Assembly (NCBI GenBank): GCA_965140415.1
Contig: OZ223209.1
Span: 160,001 to 224,000, forward strand
Origin: Myxococcota bacterium
GTDB taxonomy: Bacteria; Myxococcota_A; SURF-8
Direction of reading: 5' to 3'
DNA length: 64,000 nt
Position numbers and translations under genes: made by a program. Shown here one piece after another: positions 9,911 to 19,036 of this stretch; position 1 is the first letter of the stretch, and every line of letters begins with the position of its first letter. The notes under the pieces are model-generated. The model saw only the letters and a program-made list of their open reading frames with translations. It searched no databases and had not been told where the DNA came from.

Positions 9911-10068
9911 GACTTCTCCTACTTTGTTGTTTCGTATTGTGTCGGGAGGAAAGAGGCGAACATCTACGCGAACTGCACAACCAGCTACAACCACTTTCCT
10001 CTTGCCGCAATGAACCCCACGGGTGGGGTCTTTCTACACCCCCCGCATACACGCCCGTATTATAACGA

Positions 10069-10096
10069 CCGAAGTTCAACTGTCCAGTGATTTTGC
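10069..10096 (-). promoter_or_regulatory. candidate sigma70 promoter for nifJ
   Basis: Minus strand TGGACA-16 nt-TATAAT about 160 nt upstream of the nifJ ATG. Confidence 0.45.
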
Positions 10097-10193
10097 GCGA
10101 TTGGCGGGCAAAGAATTCCGCCGTAAATTCCGGTATCGACCGGTACAACCCCTTAAAAAGCTCCCATTATCGAGCAAGGATAGACAGGTAATC

Positions 10194-10286
10194 CTATAGG
10201 ATGAGTTTGAAAATGGCTAGAACTGCGCAGATCCCCAGGCTCAGCGCGATCAGGTCTCGATCTATTGTGGTTGCAATCTTATCCAT
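10194..10286 (-). CDS. putative 30-aa single-TM small protein
   Basis: MDKIATTIDRDLIALSLGICAVLAIFKLIL, hydrophobic C-terminal half, AAGGGG upstream of the ATG. Confidence 0.4.
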   Translation of the reverse strand: MDKIATTIDRDLIALSLGICAVLAIFKLIL

Positions 10287-10608
10287 TACGTTGCCCCTTG
10301 TTGTCTGTACCGGTGCCTCGATTGAACCCCTCGGCAAAAAATAACCTGCAATTCTCAAGCCGGATTCCGGTCTTTTTTCCATCTATTCGAAAGCAGGTCG
10401 CTTTTTTCCCGGCGCGCAAAATTTGCTGTATCATCAACCGCGACACTGATGTCCGATGCGCCAAGTTTGCCTGACAACCTGTCTTGTTAAGCTGACAGTC
10501 AATGCCTTTTTTCCATAATCCGTGCGGTTTTCGTACGCGTGGCTGAATTTCGGATGTAAGGATAATGGGCTGGTGTATATAATATACTGATATTACTAAG
10601 TATTGTTG

Positions 10609-10625
10609 TTGGCACGGCTCATGCT
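10609..10625 (+). promoter_or_regulatory. sigma54-type (-24/-12) promoter candidate
   Basis: TTGGCACGGCTCATGCT, GG-N10-GC spacing, AT-rich tract immediately upstream, about 45 nt before the radC ATG. Confidence 0.6.
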
Positions 10626-10669
10626 CTACGTTTCATGTCACACAATGGTGTATCACGCAGGAGAAGAGC

Positions 10670-11494
10670 ATGACTCGCTACCGGCAATTACCGCATCCCA
10701 AGGAAATGAGAGAGAAGCTGCGCCAACAGGGCGTACAGAAAATGACGGACAGTGAACTCCTTGGTTTATTGATCGGGGATGGAAACAATGCCGCCAGGCA
10801 GCATGTTCTCGAACTTTCCGGTAGCTTGCTGCAAAGCTTTGGCAGCCTGGAACGGTTGCAGGATGCAAGCCTGTCGGAACTGATCGCTTTTTCCGGCTTG
10901 GGAACGGTCAAAGCCAGTCGCTTGAAAGCCGCGCTGGAGATCGGTCAGCGTAGCTTGGCAAAGCGAAACGAGCAGGCGCTTAGCCTCACTGGCCCGGACT
11001 GTATCCGGGAGATATACGGACCGCGCCTAAGCTCGTTGAAAAAAGAAGTGTTTCTGGCCGTGCTGATAGACAAGCACCTGCATTGGAGCCGCGATCTGCA
11101 TCTGGCGGAAGGTTCTCGTTTTGAATGTGTGCTGCATCCGCGAGATGTGTTTTCCGCGATTGTGCGCGAGTCCCCGGCGGGTGTCATTTTCGTTCACAAT
11201 CATCCTTCCGGTGATCCGGCGCCCTCCGAAAACGACCGACGCTTGACGCGCCGGTTGCAGAAGGCCGGGGAGTTATTGGGCATCTGGGTGATCGATCATG
11301 TGATTGTCGGCAATGGGGGATATTTCAGTTTCAGCGAATGCGGCGAAATGGGAAAGGGCGATTATGCAGCCCGCATTCGAAGGCGTGCCGTGCGGCATGT
11401 TGCGGAACCGGAACGCATCGCCGATTTCTTAAATGTTGAAGAACCGATCATTTCTCCGGATCTCTGCTGCATTCACGATTTCGACATTTTCTGA
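10670..11494 (+). CDS. radC: RadC/UPF0758 JAB-domain protein
   Basis: MREKL..G..MTDSELL, HhH GLGTVKA, LHPRDVF, HNHPSGDPAPSEND JAMM motif, IDHVIVG. Confidence 0.92.
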   Translation: MTRYRQLPHPKEMREKLRQQGVQKMTDSELLGLLIGDGNNAARQHVLELSGSLLQSFGSLERLQDASLSELIAFSGLGTVKASRLKAALEIGQRSLAKRNEQALSLTGPDCIREIYGPRLSSLKKEVFLAVLIDKHLHWSRDLHLAEGSRFECVLHPRDVFSAIVRESPAGVIFVHNHPSGDPAPSENDRRLTRRLQKAGELLGIWVIDHVIVGNGGYFSFSECGEMGKGDYAARIRRRAVRHVAEPERIADFLNVEEPIISPDLCCIHDFDIF

Positions 11495-11548
11495 GCGCGA
11501 AAAATCCAATCGTTGCCTTTTTATTGAAATCATGTTATTTTTCCGTTC

Positions 11549-13177
11549 ATGAAAGCGCAAATCCATTCGATAGTCATAGTTGTGGCGTTTTTGCTTTTGC
11601 TGTGCGCCTGTAATGCCGACGATGCCGCCAACGTGCTGCCCGACGGCGATCTCGATCTGGATTCAGAACCCGCCGCCGAGACGGATCTTACGCTCGACGC
11701 GCCGGAGACGGAGGAAGCGCCACCCGGCGACCCGGACATCGAGCCAGATCTGGAGGGGAAAGACGGCGACGCGGATCTGCCGGAGGCCGAGCCGGAAACA
11801 GAAACGCCGATCGATGGCGATCTGGATGCGCTGGAAAGCGACCCGGAAGAGGTGGACTCGATAGACGCAGAGGATGGTGACGCGGAAATCGAATGGGTGG
11901 AACTGGAGCTGGAGCCGGAAGAAGAGCAGGAACCGCCGCTACCCACCTGCGAATACGACAGCGACCCGCTGGAACTCGTGCGCATTCTCGACGAACCACG
12001 CTTCGGTTCGTACAACTTCCTTTACAATGGCGAGATCCGCCACCTCTGCCAGACCGACGGTTTCCTGATCGCCGGGCGCAAAGGCATGGAAGTTACGGTG
12101 CGCATTCGTCCCTACACCACGACCGAGCAGCTAATCGGGCGCTTGATGATCTACGATCAGGCCGCCGTGAGCCATCGCCGCGAACCGACCGTCTTGTTCG
12201 AGCAGCAGGCACCGTTGTGGCCGGAGGAAATCGAAACCCGTTTCACCCTGCCTTACAGCGGTGAATACCTGGTGCTGGTCAGCGGCAAGGACTACAGCTT
12301 TACCGGAAAATACGAACTGCTGATGCGCTGCGATGAAGGCTGCAACGAGCGCTTCACACGCTTCCCCATCGTGCTGTTGCACGGCATGGGCGGCTTCGAT
12401 GAAATGCTGGGATTGCTTAACTACTTCAACGGGGTGGAAGACGATCTGCTGGAACAGGGTTACGATGTCCACGTGACGGAAGTCGCCATGTTCAACGACA
12501 GCAACTATCGCGCCGAAGAACTGGAACGGCAGTTGGTCGAGATTCTGGACACCACCGCTGCGCGCAAACTGAACCTCGTTGCGCACAGCCAGGGCGGACT
12601 GGATGGGCGTCACTTCATCAGCGTGATGGGCCACGGCGACGACGTCTCCGTGCTGGCCATGGTATCCACACCCAATCGGGGCGTCATTATCGGCGACATG
12701 ATTCTGGGTACGGTGCAGGGCGTCAGCCGCGAAGTCATTACCGCCATATTCGATTTCTTCTCCGATCTGATCGACGCCAGCGACAGCGATATCGAGGGCG
12801 CATTAAGCCAGATCTCCGTAGAGGCGATGGCCAATGACTTCAACCCCAAACATCCAGACGATCCCCGCGTGCGTTACTGGTCCTGGGCCGGTCGCACTTG
12901 CGGCAGCCTGGACCGAGAGTGCCGCAGCCAGAACAATGATGAAGCCGTCAACCCGGTGCTGGCTCTGACCTACAATCTGATTCTGGACGGTCCCGATGGT
13001 GTGGGCAGCGGTCCAAACGACGGCATGGTGCCGCTTTCCAGCGCGATGTGGGGCGAATGGCAGGGCGAGTTGAGCGCCGATCACGCCGACGAAATCGGAC
13101 AGCTAAAAACCGGCGATTTCGACCACAAACAACTTTACCGCGACATCTGTAACAAACTGGTCGTCGAAGGCTATTGA
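11549..13177 (+). CDS. lipoprotein with acidic linker, PPC-like beta domain and C-terminal alpha/beta-hydrolase (family I-like lipase)
   Basis: Lipobox LLLCAC, PIVLLHGMGG oxyanion motif, AHSQGG nucleophile elbow, PNDGMVP, DHADEIGQ. Confidence 0.85.
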   Translation: MKAQIHSIVIVVAFLLLLCACNADDAANVLPDGDLDLDSEPAAETDLTLDAPETEEAPPGDPDIEPDLEGKDGDADLPEAEPETETPIDGDLDALESDPEEVDSIDAEDGDAEIEWVELELEPEEEQEPPLPTCEYDSDPLELVRILDEPRFGSYNFLYNGEIRHLCQTDGFLIAGRKGMEVTVRIRPYTTTEQLIGRLMIYDQAAVSHRREPTVLFEQQAPLWPEEIETRFTLPYSGEYLVLVSGKDYSFTGKYELLMRCDEGCNERFTRFPIVLLHGMGGFDEMLGLLNYFNGVEDDLLEQGYDVHVTEVAMFNDSNYRAEELERQLVEILDTTAARKLNLVAHSQGGLDGRHFISVMGHGDDVSVLAMVSTPNRGVIIGDMILGTVQGVSREVITAIFDFFSDLIDASDSDIEGALSQISVEAMANDFNPKHPDDPRVRYWSWAGRTCGSLDRECRSQNNDEAVNPVLALTYNLILDGPDGVGSGPNDGMVPLSSAMWGEWQGELSADHADEIGQLKTGDFDHKQLYRDICNKLVVEGY

Positions 13178-13241
13178 AAAGGAAATGTAGTTTTAGCATT
13201 TTATAACTAGGGCAGTACAACATCGAACCACTGGAGGCAAC

Positions 13242-13727
13242 ATGAAACGCCCGGCATTATGGCTTTTACTTCTGGTTTCTCTGACGCTGCCTTTCGAATG
13301 CGGAGACCTGGAAGAAACAGTCTGCGATGATGTCTTCGATGTTTGTCCTTCCTATTGGAATAACGATTTTACAACCTGTGAGGATCAGGTTTCCTCATTA
13401 GGTCAATGCATATTGCAATGCCTTGCCGAGGCCGGCTCCTGCGATGAAATTCGGCAATGCATTGAGGAACAGGATGACACCACCTGTGCGATGCCGGAGG
13501 ATGTGCAGCCATTACAAGGCGAGGGCGTCTGCTATTGGCAATATCAAACCGGGGATCAATGGGGTTTCGGCTGCCAGGCCGACATCGATGGTCGCAGCGC
13601 CTGCGAATCGCATGTCAACTCCCAGACCAACAACGGCGAGTGGCTGACCCAGTGGGATTTCATGCCTGAATGCAAAGATATCGGTTGTACGGGCAGCTGC
13701 GGTCCGGACTGGTGGTCCTTGTATTAA
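13242..13727 (+). CDS. small secreted Cys-rich protein (15 Cys), function unknown
   Basis: GGAGG RBS, signal-peptide-like N-terminus ending in Cys, many Cys and Trp residues. Confidence 0.7.
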   Translation: MKRPALWLLLLVSLTLPFECGDLEETVCDDVFDVCPSYWNNDFTTCEDQVSSLGQCILQCLAEAGSCDEIRQCIEEQDDTTCAMPEDVQPLQGEGVCYWQYQTGDQWGFGCQADIDGRSACESHVNSQTNNGEWLTQWDFMPECKDIGCTGSCGPDWWSLY

Positions 13728-13760
13728 GAGTCTACTTCACAGCTACAGTTTAAATATTCG

Positions 13761-13855
13761 AACCCATCCCGGGTGACGGCGAAGAATCGGGTTGATTCTT
13801 CGCCTGTGGCTCGGTTTGACGAACCACATCTCACCCAGTAGGGTGTGAACGGGTT
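13761..13855 (-). other. multi-stem inverted-repeat element between convergent genes
   Basis: 11-bp perfect hairpin 13778-13804, second hairpin 13805-13828, enclosing stems GGGTGA/TCACCC and AACCC/GGGTT. Confidence 0.6.
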
Positions 13856-13884
13856 GAAACCGCTACATTCTCAATCCATCCGAG

Positions 13885-14637
13885 CTAATGTTTCATGATG
13901 TAAAACATGTAGCCGTACAACTCGGAATAGCGATTGAACAGATCGATTTCGTGCCTGCAACGTTCAATGACGGCCTGTGCTGCCAAATGTTCTCCGTAGC
14001 ATTCTTCAAAGCCGTCGAGTTGATCGAGCACGTTGGCGTAATAGCCTTCCCACCAGCCCTCTTTGGGTAGCGGGAAATCATCGACCATCCGGTATCCGGC
14101 CCGTGTAACCGCCTCTCGACGAGCGGCGAGACGGGCGTCTTCCGCTGGATCGGGAACGCAGACCTCACGCAACTCGGCGGGCGGATCCTCGGTGAACCAG
14201 GTCAGTTCCGAGATGACCAGATAGCCGCCCGGTTTGAGTAAGCGCTGCCACAATTCGAGAGCCCGCTCATAACCGATGATGAAGCTCGAGCCTTCCGCCC
14301 ACAAGACATCAAAGGAATGATCCTCGAAAGGAAGTTCCCCCATATCGGCAACCTGTGTGGTGATACGGTCGGAGAGCCCTTCCTTTGCAGCTTGCTTTTT
14401 CAGCATGTCCAGAAACGGGGCGTGAAAGTCTATCGCTATGATCGAGGCGGCACTTTTACGTGCGAGTTCAAGCGTTTGCATGCCCACTCCACAGCCGATA
14501 TCCAGGATGCGCTGATGTGGGCGCAATTCGGGCAGACAGGCTAATGCTTTAGCGGTGTAACTGTTCAGGCCTGGTCCCTGGCGGGGGAGGGTTTCGAAAA
14601 ATTTAAAGAAGTACTTCCAGAATTCTGCGTCGTACAT
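13885..14637 (-). CDS. class I SAM-dependent methyltransferase
   Basis: LPRQGPG, ILDIGCGVG motif I, ADMGELPF, FDVLWAEGS, LLKPGGYL; AAGGAG RBS before ATG 14637. Confidence 0.9.
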   Translation of the reverse strand: MYDAEFWKYFFKFFETLPRQGPGLNSYTAKALACLPELRPHQRILDIGCGVGMQTLELARKSAASIIAIDFHAPFLDMLKKQAAKEGLSDRITTQVADMGELPFEDHSFDVLWAEGSSFIIGYERALELWQRLLKPGGYLVISELTWFTEDPPAELREVCVPDPAEDARLAARREAVTRAGYRMVDDFPLPKEGWWEGYYANVLDQLDGFEECYGEHLAAQAVIERCRHEIDLFNRYSELYGYMFYIMKH

Positions 14638-14896
14638 GAGATAACTCCTTGTAAGCTCAACACACGTCGGCAAGGCAATACACCACCATCCGACGGCATG
14701 GCCGTTGGTCAATTGCGCCCAATGGGCGATTCAAATTGTCTAACTAGTCACTAAGAGCGAACAAGAAGCACAAGCATCAAAACTCTTTTCAACAGGTAAC
14801 TGTTTTATGGCAACGGAACCACTCCATTGCGTATGGCTTTTATATGACTGAAATCGGGTTTAAAGTCAAGAAGTTGCTGCGGAAAGAAACATTCTT

Positions 14897-16195
14897 CTAC
14901 CGATTCGCACGCAGCAAGCGCAAAGCGCGTCGCCAGAAGGCGCGCAGGCTAAAGCGGATAAACTGGACGATGTCGCAGATATCGAACATGGGACTGGGCA
15001 CACGGAAAAGCAGCGGCACCTTGATGAACAGATCCCGCGCTGCCACCGGGCAACCCTTGACCCGATAGACCGAGCGCGCCTGTAAGGTTCCTTCCACGCG
15101 GGTGCAGTCGCCGATAAGCAGAACCGGCGCATCTGGCATGATGATGTCCGCCTGCACGACCCCGGTAACAATCGCGCCCTTTTTCGCCCTTGCCAAGGAG
15201 CCGGGTCGTCGTTTTTCAATGGTTCCCAAGCAGCCCTTCAAGGCTCCCTCGCAACCGCCGTCACAGATCGTCTGCGTGCCCGCCGCCCTTCCGGCGTAAA
15301 AGCGGATGGGCGTGTCCAGCTCGCTGAGAACTTGGAACAGGCGTGTCTTTCCTTTCGGTTTGGCGATCAGTTCGTCCAGCGGGTAATCGCCTTCGATGTG
15401 GATGTCCTCCAATTTCAGCGAGCCGTACCCGCGCTCGGCTGCGATGCGCAGGTGTTCGACCTGTTCCGGTTGATAACCCATGATGTGCGCGGCGACGACA
15501 TCCGCCGCCAGTGGATCGTCGGCTCCCAATAGCAAACCAAGCTCTACCGGATACGGAGCGGATTCGAAACCGTAAGTAATGCGAATCGCATCGGAAATAA
15601 CCAGATCGGGCATGCCGACTTCGAGCAGATCCACGATCTTTTCATGGATGCGATAGTCGTGATACAGCATGCGTTCCTTGTGTGTGAGAATGCCGATGTT
15701 CAGTTTCAATGCCTGGGTGATGCTTGCAAAGATGTGATACTTCAATTTGGGCAGCCAGATTTTAGTGTCGGCTTCGTGCAGGCGTTGGGAAAGCAGCATC
15801 AGTTTGTGGCAGACGCCTTTAGGCAGGGCTACGCGTAGCAGGCGATCTTCATTAATATTCAGCAGGCGAACTCCCAGCCGTTTAGCCAACTCATCGTAAC
15901 CGGCTTCGTGAAAAAACAACTCGGTTGGAATGCCGTAGCCACTGGATTCTCCAAGCGTCATGTCGGTCACATCCGGCAGTTGTCGAAGCGAACGCACAAC
16001 GCCCTCGGTAACTGTCGGATGGGTGTAGGAATCGTGGATATAGGCTCGATTGGCACTGACGATGTTGGGTTTGATAAACAGCTTGCCTGTTATCGGAACC
16101 TTTAAATCTGCGATCAGTTCATCGGTAATGGCCTGGATGCGGTCGGCATTATAATCGTTGCAACGACGGAGAATCACGTTTGGCCGAGGCGGCAT
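14897..16195 (-). CDS. DUF362-family protein (probable Fe-S)
   Basis: LFIKPNIV, YTHPTV, LGESSG, LPKLKYH, ITQALKLNIG, DPLAADVVAAHIMG, C-terminal CDGGC / GDC / KGCP. Confidence 0.8.
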   Translation of the reverse strand: MPPRPNVILRRCNDYNADRIQAITDELIADLKVPITGKLFIKPNIVSANRAYIHDSYTHPTVTEGVVRSLRQLPDVTDMTLGESSGYGIPTELFFHEAGYDELAKRLGVRLLNINEDRLLRVALPKGVCHKLMLLSQRLHEADTKIWLPKLKYHIFASITQALKLNIGILTHKERMLYHDYRIHEKIVDLLEVGMPDLVISDAIRITYGFESAPYPVELGLLLGADDPLAADVVAAHIMGYQPEQVEHLRIAAERGYGSLKLEDIHIEGDYPLDELIAKPKGKTRLFQVLSELDTPIRFYAGRAAGTQTICDGGCEGALKGCLGTIEKRRPGSLARAKKGAIVTGVVQADIIMPDAPVLLIGDCTRVEGTLQARSVYRVKGCPVAARDLFIKVPLLFRVPSPMFDICDIVQFIRFSLRAFWRRALRLLRANR

Positions 16196-16634
16196 GGCAA
16201 ACTCCCAAGGGGATGAAGTTGACTGTGTATCGATGCAATACAGTAACCACAACAGCATAGTTTATTTTGGCTGAAAGTTGAAAGAGAATCGCTTCGTATC
16301 GAAATAAAAAACGGATTCATAAAAAGATTGTATTTCCACATACTACTTTTAAAAAGGCATCAAGTTGTTTTTATTACAGAATTGAGATGCTTAAAGAATA
16401 GAACGATCGAAATGTTCAGATCGGGTTATTTTATCTATCTGAAAGTGACACGAAAGTAAAAACTTTAGACTTTCCTTAATGAAACTGCTAGAATAGCCGA
16501 TAGTAGTACTAGTCAGTACATTGGGGTATCTCTTCCGTTCCTGGTAGAATCTTGCGGCTTGGGGCCAATGACGCCGCAGTAACTCATTTGTTGTGCACAA
16601 TAGGCTTGTATCATTCCTGAAGGAGGACACTTCT

Positions 16635-18974
16635 ATGCCCACCGGATCGGGTAATCGCAGAAACAAAAAAAATAAAACGGAAAGCGTATGGGATTTATTG
16701 AACAAACCGATCGGTTTCAATAATGTATTCGAAGTATTGAACAAGGATATCGGTTTCTCGAACAGTCAGGGTCATCGCATACCCAACCTGGAAGAACAGG
16801 CGGACAAGCTGATAGAAGACGCCACCCGCCTTGCGCAAAGCCAGGGAATTTCCATCGAGCAGGCTTTGGAAAAGTTGGGAATCGATCTTGACGAAGGCGG
16901 TAGTGCCGACAGCGACAGTGGCCAGCAGGTGATGAAGGAATCCATGCTCAAGTCGCTCTCCTGGGAGGTGGAAAGCCGCGAAGAACAGTCGGACATCTCC
17001 GATGCCGATGGTGCGCGTGATTTCGTGCGTCGCGGCAACGATGCGTTAAACGAAATCTGTCGCATCATGGGTGATGTGGATCGCGAGGTCGTCGCCAACG
17101 CATTGATGCATGCGCAACCCACCGATGACTTACTTTTCGAACGGCTGGAATTCGTCGGCTTCATTACTCGACAAAGCTATGACGCACTGGTCAATCGCTA
17201 CAAAACCAGCGGTGGGCAGTTCTGGCGCTTATTGTTGGAAGATCACGAAAGCGACATCAACCTGTTCTGCGCCGTGTTGGCCACCATGCCTTACATGCCG
17301 TATTGTTTGCCGGAAGAAGGCGCGTTGTATGAGTGGCTGCTGGATCGCGGCCTGCTCAATTTCCGGCTTTTCCGGGAAGCCAACGGCAAGGCGCGTAAGG
17401 CCGGTGTCGCAAGTGACCGTCTGCTTGTGCAGGACGAGTATATGGGCAACGACCGTTACTGGGAATCGTTGGAGGAATTCACCGGGTTGAGCCAGTGGAG
17501 TAAAGCGCTGCCTCGCTACAGCGCGAAATTGCTTCAGAGTGTGCCGCGCATCTGGGTGGATCGTTTCGAACTGGCTCCCGTAAGCATCACCAAGGAAAAG
17601 CTGGGCATTGCGGTTCCATATGCATTGATGCCGCTGTTGAAAGAAAAATTGGAAAAGGAAGTCGGTTTGAAAGTCGTGCAATGGCTGATGCCCTCTGAAC
17701 GACTGGAAAAATTGCGAGCTTCTTACCTTGAAAAAGCGGTGGATGCCGAACCGCCGTCTACAAAGTCCGATACGATCGCACAGCAGGGACGGATTCACGA
17801 TATCGTGGCCAGCGCCAGCGCCGTCAATATGGTGCGTCAATTGTTCGAAGGTGCCATGGAATCGCGCGCGACCGATATCCACATCGAGCCGCATGGACAA
17901 GAAACCACCGTTCGTTTCCGCATCGATGGTCTGCTCTACAATGTAATGACCCTGGATGAGGACTTGTACAACGAAGTCGCCTCGCGCATCAAAATTCTGG
18001 CGGATCTGGATATCACCGAGCGTCGCCGCCCGCAGGACGGACACATCAAGGTGCATATCCGTGACCAGGATTACAACATGCGAATCGCCACCATTCCGAC
18101 CAAAGGTGGAGAAAAGGTCAGTATCCGCATGGTATACGCCGGGCGCGTAATGACGAAACTGGACGATCTGGGCTTGGATGGAAAGGATTATGAAAAGCTC
18201 AATCGTTTTGTGAGAAAGCCGTACGGCATGATCCTGGCGACCGGTCCGGTGGGATCGGGAAAAACCACGACCCTGTACTCCTGCCTGAACTCCATCGACA
18301 GCAAAATCTACAACGTAATGAGTGTAGAAGATCCGGTTGAGTTCGACCTGCCCGGCGCCAACCAGGTCGAGGTCAATTACAAACTGGATTTCGGTTTCGC
18401 CGAAGGATTGCGGGCGATTCTGCGACAGGATCCGGATACGATTCTAGTCGGTGAAATTCGTGACAACGAAACCTCGCGTATCGCCGTGCGCGCCAGTATG
18501 ACCGGTCTGTTAGTGTTCAGTACGCTGCATACCAACGATGCCCCCGGAGCCATCACGGCGCTTTATAATTTCGAATTGCCCACACACCTGATCGCGAATT
18601 CCGTGATCGGTGTCATCGCCCAACGATTGGTGCGACGCATCTGTCCGCACTGCAAGACGAGCTACAAGCCCACCCAGAAAGCGCTGTTAGAGGCTGGTTT
18701 CAGCAAGACGGAAGCGCAGAAAATCAAGAAGGTTTACAAGGGTAAGGGTTGCGAGCAATGCTTCCATACCGGATATCTGGATCGAATCGGTGTGTTCGAA
18801 GTGATGGAAGTTACCTCCAAGCTACGCGATATGATTCTCAATCATGCCAGCGAACGACAATTGCGGGAAAGCGCGGTTTCGGAGGGGATGCGAACCCTCT
18901 CGGTAGATGGACGAGCCAAAATTCTGGCCGGAGAAACGACCATCGAGGAATATCTGCGGATGATTCCGCATTGA
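16635..18974 (+). CDS. GspE/PilB-family secretion/pilus assembly ATPase
   Basis: ATDIHIEP, RFRIDG, ERRRPQDG, Walker A GPVGSGKT, EDPVE, LRQDPD..LVGEIRD, TLHTND, Zn motif CPHC...CEQC; AGGAGG RBS before ATG 16635. Confidence 0.93.
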   Translation: MPTGSGNRRNKKNKTESVWDLLNKPIGFNNVFEVLNKDIGFSNSQGHRIPNLEEQADKLIEDATRLAQSQGISIEQALEKLGIDLDEGGSADSDSGQQVMKESMLKSLSWEVESREEQSDISDADGARDFVRRGNDALNEICRIMGDVDREVVANALMHAQPTDDLLFERLEFVGFITRQSYDALVNRYKTSGGQFWRLLLEDHESDINLFCAVLATMPYMPYCLPEEGALYEWLLDRGLLNFRLFREANGKARKAGVASDRLLVQDEYMGNDRYWESLEEFTGLSQWSKALPRYSAKLLQSVPRIWVDRFELAPVSITKEKLGIAVPYALMPLLKEKLEKEVGLKVVQWLMPSERLEKLRASYLEKAVDAEPPSTKSDTIAQQGRIHDIVASASAVNMVRQLFEGAMESRATDIHIEPHGQETTVRFRIDGLLYNVMTLDEDLYNEVASRIKILADLDITERRRPQDGHIKVHIRDQDYNMRIATIPTKGGEKVSIRMVYAGRVMTKLDDLGLDGKDYEKLNRFVRKPYGMILATGPVGSGKTTTLYSCLNSIDSKIYNVMSVEDPVEFDLPGANQVEVNYKLDFGFAEGLRAILRQDPDTILVGEIRDNETSRIAVRASMTGLLVFSTLHTNDAPGAITALYNFELPTHLIANSVIGVIAQRLVRRICPHCKTSYKPTQKALLEAGFSKTEAQKIKKVYKGKGCEQCFHTGYLDRIGVFEVMEVTSKLRDMILNHASERQLRESAVSEGMRTLSVDGRAKILAGETTIEEYLRMIPH

Positions 18975-19036
18975 AAAACCATCGCAATAAAGAAGTCTTC
19001 TACGACCAAATGATCGGTTAATACAAGGAGAGTGCC

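Noticed and set aside
10670-11494. radC as a marker of a mobile element or prophage
   Set aside because: It is the long HhH-containing chromosomal form, with no integrase, transposase or att-like repeats nearby.
14640-14890. SAM riboswitch upstream of the methyltransferase
   Set aside because: Only short hairpins are present; SAM-I/II core sequences were not seen.
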